Assembly (NCBI GenBank): GCA_951406725.2
Contig: OX597823.1
Span: 7,688,001 to 7,752,000, forward strand
Source of the DNA: Octopus vulgaris
Taxonomy: Eukaryota
DNA length: 64,000 nucleotides
Direction of reading: 5' to 3'
Shown here piece after piece: positions 28,801 through 40,094 of the stretch. Position numbers and translations under genes: made by a program. How positions within the stretch are numbered: position 1 is the first letter of the stretch; each line of letters begins with the position of its first letter. The notes beneath the pieces are model-generated. The model saw only the letters and a list, made by a program, of their open reading frames with translations, was not told the DNA's origin and ran no database searches.

Positions 28801-28959
28801 TTCAAAAGATCAAATATGTCGGGACTTCTTCAAACACTGGAATTCTTCGGATACACTACTCTGTCATGTTATGTCTTTTTCCTAATGCTTGGAACTGTCT
28901 CATTTTTTGCATCTCTGAAGTTTGTACGTTACATTTATGTCAACTTAAAAATGGACTAA
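7983..28959 (+). CDS. TM9SF1: Transmembrane 9 superfamily member 1 (nonaspanin/EMP70), 3' part; 5' exons lie upstream of the window or were not found
   Basis: join(7983-8054,12852-12999,15232-15357,16529-16621,17591-17701,23158-23320,27384-27575,28758-28959). All introns are GT-AG with compatible phases. Translation contains [68 protein letters not shown] and ends YIYVNLKMD*, as recalled for TM9SF1. Confidence 0.96.
9884..10200 (+). mobile_element. SINE family A-related (same head, different tail), diverged
   Basis: Head similarity followed by (TG)n. Confidence 0.6.
12321..12702 (+). mobile_element. Non-autonomous Helitron, family C
   Basis: 5' TC, subterminal hairpin, 3' CCAG variant; same body as other copies. 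Confidence 0.8.
12852..12999 (+). CDS. TM9SF1: TM9SF1 exon ([49 protein letters not shown])
   Basis: ctttag|ACT...TTGG|gtaagt; 148 nt. Confidence 0.96.
13564..13970 (+). mobile_element. SINE family A
   Basis: Full-length copy. Confidence 0.9.
15232..15357 (+). CDS. TM9SF1: TM9SF1 exon ([42 protein letters not shown])
   Basis: acttag|GT...TCAG|gtaagc; 126 nt. Confidence 0.96.
15580..15952 (+). mobile_element. SINE family A
   Basis: Full-length copy. Confidence 0.9.
16529..16621 (+). CDS. TM9SF1: TM9SF1 exon ([31 protein letters not shown])
   Basis: tttcag|GT...GCAT|gtaagt; 93 nt. Confidence 0.96.
17591..17701 (+). CDS. TM9SF1: TM9SF1 exon ([37 protein letters not shown])
   Basis: ttctag|TG...TTTG|gtaata; 111 nt. 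Confidence 0.96.
18678..20085 (-). mobile_element. 5'-truncated RTE-like LINE (RT C-terminus, 3'UTR, (GAT)n tail), degenerate
   Basis: Minus-strand [16 protein letters not shown] / [12 protein letters not shown] and [21 protein letters not shown] motifs with frameshifts; 3'UTR equals the dispersed family B repeat. Confidence 0.85.
22565..22960 (+). mobile_element. Non-autonomous Helitron, family C
   Basis: A|TCTTTATATATAAAA...CCCGAGCAACGCTGGG..CTAG|T. Confidence 0.85.
23158..23320 (+). CDS. TM9SF1: TM9SF1 exon ([54 protein letters not shown])
   Basis: ttacag|TG...TTCAG|gtaata; 163 nt. Confidence 0.96.
23517..23918 (-). mobile_element. SINE family A
   Basis: Full-length copy within a TA run. 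Confidence 0.9.
24155..24530 (-). mobile_element. 3' end of a second RTE-like LINE family
   Basis: [34 protein letters not shown]; (TGA)n tail; second copy at 59418-59687. Confidence 0.8.
24837..25265 (+). mobile_element. SINE family A with TSD AAGAATTCAACCAGC
   Basis: Full-length copy with duplicated flank. Confidence 0.9.
25803..26166 (-). mobile_element. Non-autonomous Helitron-like element, second family
   Basis: Minus strand: A|TCTATTATATAAAA..(TG)n...hairpin CACCATCC/GGACGGTG...CTTG|T. Confidence 0.6.
26462..26873 (+). mobile_element. SINE family A
   Basis: Full-length copy. Confidence 0.9.
27384..27575 (+). CDS. TM9SF1: TM9SF1 exon ([65 protein letters not shown])
   Basis: ttgcag|T...GCAGG|gtaagt; 192 nt. 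Confidence 0.96.
28346..28559. mobile_element. TTAA-flanked (piggyBac-type) MITE
   Basis: TTAA|CCCTTTAG...CTAAAGGG|TTAA; copies at 57159-57380 and, diverged, 16245-16457. Confidence 0.85.
28758..28959 (+). CDS. TM9SF1: TM9SF1 last coding exon ([32 protein letters not shown]...YIYVNLKMD*)
   Basis: ttccag|G TCC...GAC TAA; C-terminal KxD motif typical of TM9SF proteins. Confidence 0.96.
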
Positions 28960-29486
28960 TTCAGTTTCATTTAATCTTGTTTTTATTTATCATTATCAAT
29001 TTTAATGATTTTTTTTTTTCCATATATCTTGGGAAACAGTAAAAAGTTAACACTATTATAAGGGGTCTTTTTTTTTAATTTCAATTGCAGTTATTATTTT
29101 TACTCTTGACGTAGAAAAATATCCATATTTAATATTTTTCAAAAGAATTTTCAATAATTGTAAATGAACGTGGCAAAATATTTTTTAAAAATATGTATAA
29201 ATAATATTTGGTTATGAAAGAGCAGCATTTTAGTATGTAATAGCATTGCATATTCAAGACCCAAGAAGATCATTTCATTCAAAATCATCTTTTATTAGAA
29301 CTTAAGCATTGACTGTTTTTGTTGTTGTTTTTTTTTTTTGTTTTTTGTTTGTTTTTTTCTGGTGCACTCAGAAGATTAAGTGCTGAGAAAGGTACTTTTT
29401 TATGGGGTTTTATAAAATTCACAATTGTAGAAGGTTGATGAGAGATTTGATCTGAGAACCTGCTGAAATGGAAACAATTACTCTGT

Positions 29487-29873
29487 AATAAAGAATCAGT
29501 GATTCTTTAAAACATACATATACATTTATATTCACTTTGTTTTTGTATATAATAGTATTATATATAATATGATTGTATATTATTATAATATATATTATTA
29601 GCCATCAAATTCTTTCATTGTACTGTGTACAGCCTGGTCACTGATTACTCAATTAAGGGCCAATGTCAGTGAGTAGGTATAGCAAAATACTTCCATACTT
29701 AACTATATATAATATTACAAAATGCAATAAAAATGAATGTATTGATGTATGTATGCTTTACTTACTTTCATTGCTGAAGTTTCACCATTTCACAGCACAT
29801 CAAGACATTACCTTACAAACCATGAAACGGTGGCGCTTGAGTAGTGATACTGTTATGTTCAGCTGTTAATAAA
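29487..29873 (+). terminator. Candidate TM9SF1 polyadenylation signals (AATAAA at 29487, 29726, 29868)
   Basis: AATAAA hexamers 0.5-0.9 kb after the stop codon; which one is used cannot be told from sequence. Confidence 0.4.
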
Positions 29874-30263
29874 CATACATTACATTGTACTCTGCAAACA
29901 AATATTTGAGTCTTCTTTTGTTTTATGATTGCTTTAAATTCATGTGTATATATGTGTTTGTTTGTGTGTACACACATATGTATATGAGAAATTTTATATA
30001 CCAAGTAAGTTACGCGTTTTAAATGTATCTAGAGAGAAACCAATTCTTTTGAGTGTGACTTTAGCATAATGAATCAATATGTTTTAACTCTCTAATCCTA
30101 AAGTTTGTCCAAATACACAGTAAAAGATTGGTGTGGCGTATTCTATTTGTTTAGGATACTTATATACCATTTCATATTTTTACTTATATTTTTGGTGTGG
30201 CTGGGGCTCAGTATTCATATTTCAGCAATCATATCTGCTTCTTTATTGCCCACAAGGGGCTAA

Positions 30264-30526
30264 ACTCTGTCATGTTATGTCTTTTTCCTAATGCTTGGAA
30301 CTGTCTCATTTTTTGCATCTCTGAAGTTTGTACGTTACATTTATGTAAACTTAAAAATGGACTAATTCAGTTTCATTTAATCTTGTTTTTATTTATCATT
30401 ATCAATTTTAATGATTTTTTTTTTTCCATATATCTTGGGAAACAGTAAAAAGTTAACACTATTATAAGGGGTCTTTTTTTTTAATTTCAATTGCAATTAT
30501 TTTTACGCCTGAAGTAGAAAAAATAT
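30264..30526 (+). pseudogene. Duplicated fragment of TM9SF1 last exon plus proximal 3'UTR
   Basis: Near-identical to 28858-29122 ([12 protein letters not shown]...NLKMD*). It lacks the native acceptor and is preceded by an in-frame TAA. Confidence 0.92.
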
Positions 30527-31457
30527 AACAAAGACAGACAAACGGATTAAGTCGATTACATCGACCTCAGTGTGTAACTGGTACTTAATTTATCGACCCC
30601 GAAAGGATGAAAGGCAAAGTCGACCTCGGCGGAATTTGAACTCAGAATGCAACGACAGACGCAATACCGCTAAGCATTTCGCCCAGTGTGCTAACGTTTC
30701 TGCCAGTTCGCCGCCTTCAGCAATCTTCTTACAGCCTTGGAAAATATATAACTATCATAACTTAACATTTTCCTTTCATACTTCTATCATGAATCATATA
30801 TTGTTTTATATACAGTTGTTGAAACTAATAATATTGTCAACCCTTTTGTTATAAACTCTCCTGCGACTGCCCTTAGTCCTCTGATACAAACTCTTGCTTT
30901 ACAGTGGCCTACGTTAAAAACCTGTTAAAGTTTCATGTTAATTTATATTCGAAACACCAGCTTAATAATGATAAAAGTTGTTTTTCTCAGTTCTTTATCA
31001 TTTTCAAAATTAATTTAAACAAAAAGTTCCGAGACCCCCTTCGGTCACGACACTGATTGCACCTAGAAAGTTACCCTCCCAGGCACAAGTCTGGGCAAGG
31101 TTGTTAATGGAAGACCAGCAGTCGCCCATGCATACTGGCCTCCCCTCTCCATGCCACGAGTGTTATCCAAGGGAAAGGCATTTATTTGCTTATTAAAAAA
31201 AAAAAAAATAGTGAAATAATAACAAATATAATTCATGCTAACCTGCTGATGATATGGAAAGGTATCCATCATTGCAATGGATTCAGAAAAGCTCGCAATA
31301 GCTCTGAACTCCTGCAGTTTCTTCATGGGGCAAAGCATCTCTGGTGTTTAATTTACATGCTAACATAGAATAAACAAACATTGTAATCCAGTGTTACTTG
31401 AGTCTACTAAAGATGCCAATATTTGTTGCTATTGATACAAACGATATGATTGCTGAA

Positions 31458-31688
31458 GGCGGCAAACTGGCAGAAACGTTAGCACACCGGGCGAAATGCT
31501 TAGCGGTATTGCATCTGTCGTTGCATTCTGAGTTCAAATTCCGCCGAGGTCGACTTTGCCTTTCATCCTTTCAGGGTCGATAAATTAAGTATCAGTTACG
31601 CACTGGGGTCGATGTAATCGACTTAATCCGTTTGTCTGTCCTTGTTTGTCCCCTCTATGTTTAGCCCCTTGTGGGCAATAAAGAAACA
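31458..31688 (+). mobile_element. tRNA-derived SINE family D with 15-bp TSD
   Basis: GGCGG..TGGCAGAAACGTTAGC..GAGTTCAAATTCC head. GATATGATTGCTGAA is duplicated at 31443-31457 and 31689-31703. Other copies at ~221-362(-), 30527-30718(-), 36372-36585(-), 38512-38732(-), 38767-38977(-), 48899-49110(+). Confidence 0.88.
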
Positions 31689-32606
31689 GATATGATTGCT
31701 GAAATATGAATACTGAGCCCCAGCCACACCAAAAATATAAGTAAAAATATGAAATGGCATATAACTACCCTAAACAAATAGAATACCCCACACCAATCTT
31801 TTACTGTGTATTTGGACAAACTTTAGGATTAGAGAGTTAAAACATATTGATTCATTCTGCTAAAGTCACACTCAAAAGAATTGGTTTAAATTCAAAAGCA
31901 GAGGAAGTTTGTAAAATGCTGGTGTGAGATTGTAATATTGGTGACCAAAGTCAGTTATTAAGAACTTCAAAAAAATGTTTAAAATGATATTTTAAACAGT
32001 TAAAAATATATTAAAATACGTTTCAATAACTATAATAATTATTTGATAAATACTTTGATCACAGATTTGAAGGAGAAAAAATGTACATTTTGTTGAAGGA
32101 CTGAAATTTAGTTTTAACTTTATTGACCTTGGAGGGTGTATGACAGAATTTATACTGGTAGGATATGAACTTAGAAATGTTGCAAAGCATTTAGTCTGAT
32201 ACTACATATCATGTTTAACATCATATTCCTTATCTTGTTTAATGCATCTGCATTCTTGTAATCAAAAATAAAGAGTTTACAAAACTTCAACATGTTTTGT
32301 TAATCTATTCATCAACTTTTCAATCTGAAGGTGCAACTGTCATTTGTGAATACAGACTTGATAAAATATGTCGTTCTATCCATTTTCTCATGGAAGTAAC
32401 TAAAGAAGGAATCAGTTCATTTTAATACTTACTGTCTTATTTTAGAGCTAGCAAAAGAAAATTGTTAATATTACTGCAACAAGTAATTTTACAATATGAT
32501 TTTATTTATTCATAAATTTGATGAAAATTTATAATTAAGATCAGAAACTATAATAGCAATTGCAAAGGTATATTTTCAAGGCAAGTGTTTTGATTTGAGA
32601 CTACAT

Positions 32607-32970
32607 ACTCTTTTATTTGTTTCAGTCATTTGACTGCGGCCATGCTGGAACACCGCCTTTAGTCGAGCAAATCGACTCCAGGACTCATTCTTCATAAGCC
32701 TAGTACTTATTCTATCGGTCTCTTTTGCCAAACTGTTAAGTTACGGGGACGTAAACACACCAGCATCGGTTGTCAAGCGATGTTGGTGGGACAAACACAG
32801 ACACACAATATATATACAAACGACAGGCTTCTTTCAGTTTCCATCTACCAAATCCACTCACCGGAGGCTATAGCAGAAGACACTTGCCCAAGGTACCACA
32901 CAGTGGGACTGAACCCAGGACCATGTGGTTGGTAAGCAAGCTACTTACCACACAGCCACTCCTGCACCTA
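32607..32970 (-). mobile_element. SINE family A
   Basis: Copy with a small internal deletion. Confidence 0.88.
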
Positions 32971-33545
32971 TACATGTTGAAACTAAAACAATTGCAACAT
33001 GGAAGACCCATGTTAGCCATTCAGAAACACACTAAGACTGTTAACTTCACTTAAACATTTATTGTTTGTAGTATAGTGTCAAAATTTTCATCATGTGAAA
33101 CTGTGACCTCACAGTGTTTATCATCATCATTTAACGTCTATTGCCCATGCTGGCATGGGTTGGACTGCACCATATTACAAACAAGAAATGTTTAAGAGAA
33201 GTTAAGTCTTTGTTTGTTTCTGAATGGTGAACATGTGTCTTCCACATTGCAATTGTGTAAAAGTAATCACATGATCACGTGACCGACCAGTCCATCAGAT
33301 GTAGTTACACATCGCTGGTCACAATGCGTTCGCATTGTTTTAGCCTTCGAATGACGCCACCCCGCTGGCTAAGCGAGCAGGCCAGTATAAGTAATACTGT
33401 ATCAAAATAATTTCAGATATATTGAAATAAATGATAATTATAAAAGTAGACTTTCTCCAATGAAATTTAGATGGTAAAATGTATAAGAATGGACATAGCT
33501 AAGTATTGTAATAACATTTGGGTTCGGATGTCACACAAGAGAATA

Positions 33546-33908
33546 TCTTTATATATAAAAGTGAAGTTATGTGTCTGTCTCCTACGATTTAGATTCCCAA
33601 ATACTCCCACATTTTGCGGGATTCATATCGAGCCCTTCTGGGTATTAGCGCACATCTACGATGAGTCTACGATTTAAAAAAAAATTTACCATCAATTTTT
33701 TCCATTTTAATGCATTTTTTCGCTATTATATAAGGGAAGTAACTCTCTAAAAATGTCTACGATGAGTCAACGATTTAAAAAAAAATTTACCATCATTTTT
33801 TTTCCATTTTTGATGCATTTTTTTGCGATTTTTTGGCTATAACTCTCTAAAAATGCTTATATAGTTATTTCCCTTACAAACCCGAGCAACGCCAGGCGAT
33901 ACTGCTAG
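33546..33908 (+). mobile_element. Non-autonomous Helitron, family C
   Basis: A|TC...hairpin...CTAG|T. Confidence 0.85.
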
Positions 33909-34346
33909 TTATATATAAGATGGTTGCAGAAAATTTAGTTAATTATCTTCATACCATCAACAGATATTGCAATTTCAGGTTCCTAGTCCTTTTGGTCTTT
34001 TTTCTTGTACATATATATTCAGGGTACTTTTTTTTCTATACTCTGTCATAACTGTATAGCTTGAAAGTTAAAGGGGTCACTTCAAAAAATTACTACCAGA
34101 AGTCTTTATAGATATTTCGTTTTTACACTCGAGCATGGTCGATACCAGTGTCACCTAACTGGCCCCTGTGCTGGTGGCACTTAAAAGGCACCCACTACAC
34201 TCTCAAAGCGTTTGGTGTTAAGAAAGGCATCCAGCTGTAGAAATCTTGCCAGATCAGATTGGAGCTTGGTGCAGCCTCCTGGCTTGCTAATCATCAGTTA
34301 AACCATCCAGCCCATGCCAGCATGGAAAACAAATATTAAATGATCA

Positions 34347-34391
<45 letters not shown>

Positions 34392-34415
34392 AAGGGTGAA
34401 AAGGAACACACGAGT

Positions 34416-34461
<46 letters not shown>

Positions 34462-34496
34462 AGGGTGAAAAGGAACACACGAGTTGATATATATAT

Positions 34497-34900
34497 GAAA
34501 AAACAAGTCAAGATAGAAAATGCTAAAATAATTTTATAAAGAACATTTCAGTACCGGTTTCGGTCATTTTGAGACCTTTTCAACTGTAACGATTAAATAA
34601 TTAAATTTAGAAAATTTAAAAGAAAAGTTTTTTTAAAGGAATATTTGTATTAGTGTTCAAATATAAGTGGCATTTTCCTTGTGTCTGCCTTTCTGTGCAA
34701 ACAAGAGAGACAGAGAAAGGCAGAATGCCACTTATATTTGAACACTAATACAAATATTCCTTTAAAAAACTTTTCTTCTAATTTTTCTAAATTTAATTAT
34801 TTAATCGTTACAGTTGAAAAGGTCTCAAAATGACCGAAACCGGTACTGAAATGTTCTTTATAAAATTATTTTAGCATTTTCTATCTTGACTTGTTTTTTC
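34497..34900. mobile_element. Fold-back element with ~180-bp inverted arms inserted in (TA)n; each arm has a hammerhead-like motif
   Basis: 34497-34674 is the near-perfect reverse complement of 34724-34900; flanked by TA runs. Confidence 0.85.
34811..34848 (+). ncRNA. Minimal type-I hammerhead ribozyme motif, U3-A8 variant (mirror copy at 34549-34586 on minus)
   Basis: CAG-TTGAAAA-GGTC(TCAAAAT)GACC-GAAA-CCGG-TA-CTG: stem I, core, stem II, GAAA, palindromic stem III, GUA triplet. Confidence 0.65.
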
Positions 34901-35178
34901 ATATATATATATATATATATCATCATCATTTAACGTCCGCTTTCCATGCTAGCATGGGTTGGACGGTTCAACTGGGGTCTGGGGAGCCCGAAAGCTGCAC
35001 CAGTCCAGTCAGATCTGGCAGTGTTTCTACAGCTGGATGCCCTTCCTAACGCCAACCACTCCGAGAGTGTAGTGGGTGATTTTATGTGCCACCGACACAG
35101 GTGCCAGACGAGGCTGGCAGACGGCCACGCTCGGATGGTGTTTTTATGTGCCACCGACACAGGTGCCAGATGAGGCTG

Positions 35179-35219
<41 letters not shown>

Positions 35220-35565
35220 AATATCAAATTGACAATACATTTCAATGTCTTAAAAACAAAGTCATCTAAACTAATTACTTAGTTGGGATTAGAATGGTGG
35301 AGCTAAATAAAATTTATTTTTAAAGTAAACCTAGACAGAATTTATTCGATTCTTGACAAATTTTACAATTTATATACTACTTGTTCAACATGGCTGGATG
35401 TTTAAAAAGTTTTGCTTCACAATATTATGGTGCCAGACTTGACTTCCACTATACAGGACATTGGTCAAGAGCTTTCTACTGTATATTCAAGTTGACCAAA
35501 ATATTATAACTGGAATTTGATAGATGGAAACGTTGGTTGTGTGTGTGTGCAGCATGGAGAGAGAG

Positions 35566-35600
<35 letters not shown>

Positions 35601-35659
35601 CACCATTTGATATGTCCCATGGCTTGACAGATTTCATGTATGAAGAATAGTTGAATCCT

Positions 35660-36330
35660 TTGAAATACAGGGCGCATTCCAGAAGTCTTGAGACATTTTT
35701 CAGGACAGACATGTATGAATTTCAAAGTAGTACAAATCTCTAATCTCCTTCAAAGTAGAATCCTCTGATTTCAATGTACTTGTAGTAGTACTCCAGCTAT
35801 TTCATTAAAGCCCTGTGGAAGTCCTCCAAAGTGAAGGTGCCCAGGACCCTTGTCACAGCCTCCTTCATCTTCTTCAGCTTGGAAAACAACCAAAAGTCAC
35901 CGAGAGCAAGGTCTGGGTTGTTGGCAAGGTGAGAGACAGTTTTGATGCCCATCTCTGTCAAATTATCAGGATGGAATTGTGGACTGGTCTTGTACAGGTG
36001 CTCTGAACTTTTACAACAAAATGTCTTCCAAAACTCGTTCAAAAACTCAACAGTGTACTCTTTGTTGACTGTATGGCCAAAGGGAATTCAGTGGATGTAG
36101 ATGATGCCCTTGCTGTTGAAAAACAAGACCATCATGAGTTTCCCAGTGAACCTGATTTGCCTTGCCTCTTGTGCTAGCAAAAAGACATGCTCAACTCATA
36201 CAAGTTAATCCATTGGCAGGTCTGATGCATTTTGTAAGTTTCTGTGGCATATTTGCCTAGTTTAACACTAAACCTTATTGCATAGTGAGCTTCCAAACTG
36301 CCTTCACGTCCCAACTGGATTCTAAAAACT
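35660..36330 (-). mobile_element. Degenerate mariner transposase relic
   Basis: SHLANNPDLALGDFWLF resembles the mariner HPPYSPDLAP.DF.LF motif. Confidence 0.7.
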
Positions 36331-36886
36331 AGTCACCTGTCAAAACAGTGTTTAGTAAGATGTATTCATATTATTTCTTTATTGCCCACAAGGGGCTAGA
36401 CATAGAGGAGACAAACAAGGACAGACAAAGGAATTAAGTCGATTACATCGACCCCCAGTGCGTAACTGGTACTTAATTTATTGACCCCGAAAGGATGAAA
36501 GGCAAAGTCGACCTCGGCAGAATTTGAACTCAAAATGTAGCGGCAGACGAAATACCTATTTCTTTACAACCCACAAGGGGCTAAATACAGTCGATTGAGT
36601 GAGATACATGATTAACTACATGGGTGACTAGGCTGTATCCCACTCTGCCAGATATTTTAAGCATCTTAGCAGTAATTCTTGATGGACCAGGGGCTTTTTT
36701 CATATCCTTCATTGCTTTACCTATCATACTGCTGCTAATTAGAACAAGGATAGCAAGTTCCTCTGTTGGGCCCATGTTAAGAACTCTCTCTCTCTCTCCC
36801 TCCCTCCCTCCCTTCCTCCCATGCATTCTCCATGGTGGTGGTGGTGGTGGTGATGGGTGATGATGATGATGAAGAAATCACATATA

Positions 36887-37280
36887 TCTTTATATATAAA
36901 AGTCAAGCTGTGTGTCTGTCTCCTACGATTTAGATTCCTAACTACTCCCACATTTTTCGGTGCAGTGTAACCAAAACCGGGTATCTTATAGTCGTCATTC
37001 ATATCGAGCCCTTCTGGGTATTAGCGCGCGTCTACGATGAGTCAACGATTTAAAAAAAAATTTACCATCAATTTTTCCCATTTTAAATGCATTTTTGGCA
37101 TATATAAGGGAAGTAACTCTCTAAAAATTTATTATTAAATCTCAGAACGTAAAAAGCTACAGTAACCCCTCCCCCTTTGTGGTTAGCCATATTGAGATGG
37201 CTATTATACTTCACATCTCTAAAAATGCTTATATAGTTATTTCCCTTACAAACCCGAGCAACGCCGGGCGATACTGCTAG
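36887..37280 (+). mobile_element. Non-autonomous Helitron, family C
   Basis: A|TC...CCCGAGCAACGCCGGG..CTAG|T. Confidence 0.87.
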
Positions 37281-37907
37281 TTTAAAATAAGAATACCTGG
37301 AAAAATATTTTGAACAAAACATCTGCAAAATGAACATAGCCAAAGACTGCTTAATGCTTTTTCAAGATTTACTATAAACTGTGCAACGTTATTGTTAATT
37401 ACTTGAGTCTCCAACTCGAGCACTGCTGGGTATTTTAGTTAATCATCATCGTCGTTTAACGTCCGTTCTCCATGCTAGCATGGGTTGGACGGTTCGACCG
37501 GGGTTCTGGGAAGCCAGAAGGCTGCACCAGGCTCCAACAAAAATATAATCAGACTTACTTCTTTTTATAAACTTTTTATTGATATACTCCTCACTAGAAA
37601 ACATACAACTGTTACGTGTCTGGAGTGAAATGTCGCCTGGAACACTGAGACACCAGGAAAGAACAATTCATAATTTGATGCATTCAATGAGTTTATATAA
37701 CATATGAAAATGACTGAGAAATTTAAAGTTCATGACAGTTTTAAATATGCAGAAAAATGGATGATTAAAGTAGTTAGAATTTTAAAATAACAGAAAAGAA
37801 AATACAAGCATATGAAAAAAAAAACAGGCCTATCAGGATTTTCAATCAAGTTAACAAAAACAGAAATTATACAGATTTCATATTTTACTATATTAATTTA
37901 CTAAATG

Positions 37908-37947
<40 letters not shown>

Positions 37948-38502
37948 GCCCTGATGCAGTACCAGGCAGTGGCTCTCATGGCTTCTGATCTTAACTGATT
38001 GGAAGTGTTATCATGTACATTGTTTTGTCTTGGTATAAAAGATGGGCTACAGCAAATATTCTGCTCAATACCACAGATTTGCTTGTCAGTTGTTTGACCT
38101 TAACCAGTTGAGCATGTCCCTTAGTGGCTGACGATATGTGCATCTCTGATCACGAGCAGAAGTAGTGGGAGAGCATCATAGCCATGTGTTGAGAGGGATT
38201 GATTGGGGTTTAAATAATTCACCTCTGGAAACATGGATGGTTCGTTCAACATCCTTAAACAACCCTTATTCAGGGACCTTTCGAGTGGGATGGGTTACTC
38301 GACCAGAAGAAAATTCTAACTGGGCCCCACCTGCAAGGTCATGTGCTGTTTATCTTGATATGAGATCACTATGTCGCGCACATATGGTTGTGATGCATGT
38401 GCCTGGTGTACCCTTATCAGACGGGTAGTCATGATGGGTATACTGGGCTTCGTATATCTTACCCCAGTGTCACTTTGATGGCATGCACTGCACTCTCACT
38501 CA
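37948..38502. repeat. GC-richer insertion bounded by (AAT)n on both sides, probable interspersed repeat
   Basis: Sharp compositional boundaries within an AAT microsatellite; single copy in this window. Confidence 0.45.
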
Positions 38503-38730
38503 ATAATAATCGTTTCAACTCTAAGCACAAGGACTGAAATTGTTGGGGAGGGGGGGACTAATCAATTACATTGACTCTACTGTGTAACTGGTACTTATTT
38601 CATCGACCTCCGTTTGGAGGTCAATGAGAGGCAAAGCTGACCTCAGTAGAATCTAGACTCAGACCATAAGGACAGACAAAATGCTGCTAAGTATTTCACC
38701 TGGTGCGCTAACGATTCTTCCAGCTCACCA

Positions 38731-38767
<37 letters not shown>

Positions 38768-39121
38768 CTTTACTACTGAAGGCACAAGACCTGGACTTTG
38801 GTGAGAAGAGACTTTGTCAATAAACACCAATCGCAGAGTTTAATTCATCAACCCTGAAAGGATGAAAGGCAAAGTCAACCTTGGCAGAATTTGAACTCAG
38901 AACATGAAGATGGACAAAAATGCTACCAAGTATTATTTTTGTCTGGCATGCTAATGATTCTACCAGCTCATTGCCTTAATTATAATAATAATGATGATGA
39001 TAATAATAATGAACTTAATGTATACAGTGCTCAGGGGCACTACAACTCATTAGAAAAAGATATGCACAAGAAATTAACAATGAATGAGTCATTTAAATAC
39101 ATATATATATATATATATATA

Positions 39122-39520
39122 TCTACCCTCTTGCGACTTGCCGCTTAACAAGCCATTCCGTTGGCGATCGCGGCCCGCTCAACATCGTTCTCCCTCTGCC
39201 GAAAAGGTAATTGTTTCCACGCCTGCTAGATAAGTTATTTTTGTCTCATTTTGTCTAAAGTCGTAAGACACCTGCTGTTAACCATTCTTGTTTTTAATTC
39301 TGTTTTCGTTTTTTTGTATTTATATTCGTCTCTGTTGCATTTTACATTCATTCCTTTTACCAAGAAATCTAATGCTCACAGCTTAGTTTTTCCTTGGGGC
39401 TGGCCGTGTTGGAGCAAATATCAGAATTAATCAGCCGAAATTTGCTATGATGATCCGGTTTCTGACTGAAGATTAAAGGCTTCGAATGACCTGTCTGTTT
39501 TCTGTGTTCGTCTCTTTATA
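39122..39520. mobile_element. Family E repeat inserted in (TA)n, unclassified
   Basis: Homologous to 1211-1480 and 62656-62865; all three copies abut TA runs. Confidence 0.65.
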
Positions 39521-39605
39521 TATAAATTTTTATATAATTATATATATATATATATACCAATAGCAAAATAATGAAAAATTTTTTAATTCATTTTAGTGTA
39601 ATACA

Positions 39606-39672
39606 CTACTCTTCATTTCCTTTCCGTTTGGTAAAATTTCCGAGTAAAGATACTAATTGAACTGCGGCAATC
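39606..39672 (-). CDS. TMEM241: TMEM241-like last coding exon (WIAAVQLVSLLGNFTKRKGNEE*)
   Basis: Strong polypyrimidine acceptor ttttctctctacag|G on minus; in-frame TAG at 39608-39606. Confidence 0.78.
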
Positions 39673-40061
39673 CTGTAGAGAGAAAAGAAACAATAAATAT
39701 GATGCTTCAAATTTGTTTCAATTTCTAGCTTCAATAAAATTAAAAAATTTTTTAATAATTTTTTCATTATTCACTTCTACTTAATAATGTCACGTCTACA
39801 AACATCTGCATTTTCACAAACTTTTTCCAACCAGTTCATGCTATAATTAGTGGTAACTTCAGTGGAAATTAAAGTACCTTAAATTCTATAAGTTATCTAG
39901 TGGCTGTGTGGTAAGTAGCTTGCTAACCAACCACATGGTTCCGGGTTCAGTCTCACTGCGTGGCATTTTGGGCAAGTGTCTTCTACTATAGCCCCGGGCC
40001 AACCAAAGCCTTGTGAGTGGATTTGGTAGGCGGAAACTGAAAGAAGCCCATCGTATATATG

Positions 40062-40094
<33 letters not shown>

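Noticed and set aside
30253-30365. Duplicated TM9SF1 exon as an alternative last exon via a SINE-derived AG
   Set aside because: Splicing from 27575 gives Gly-Gly-stop, and the 5' half of the exon is missing.
39470-39500. CTGAAGA in family E as a hammerhead core
   Set aside because: No proper stem II-GAAA-stem III-UH arrangement is shared by the three copies.
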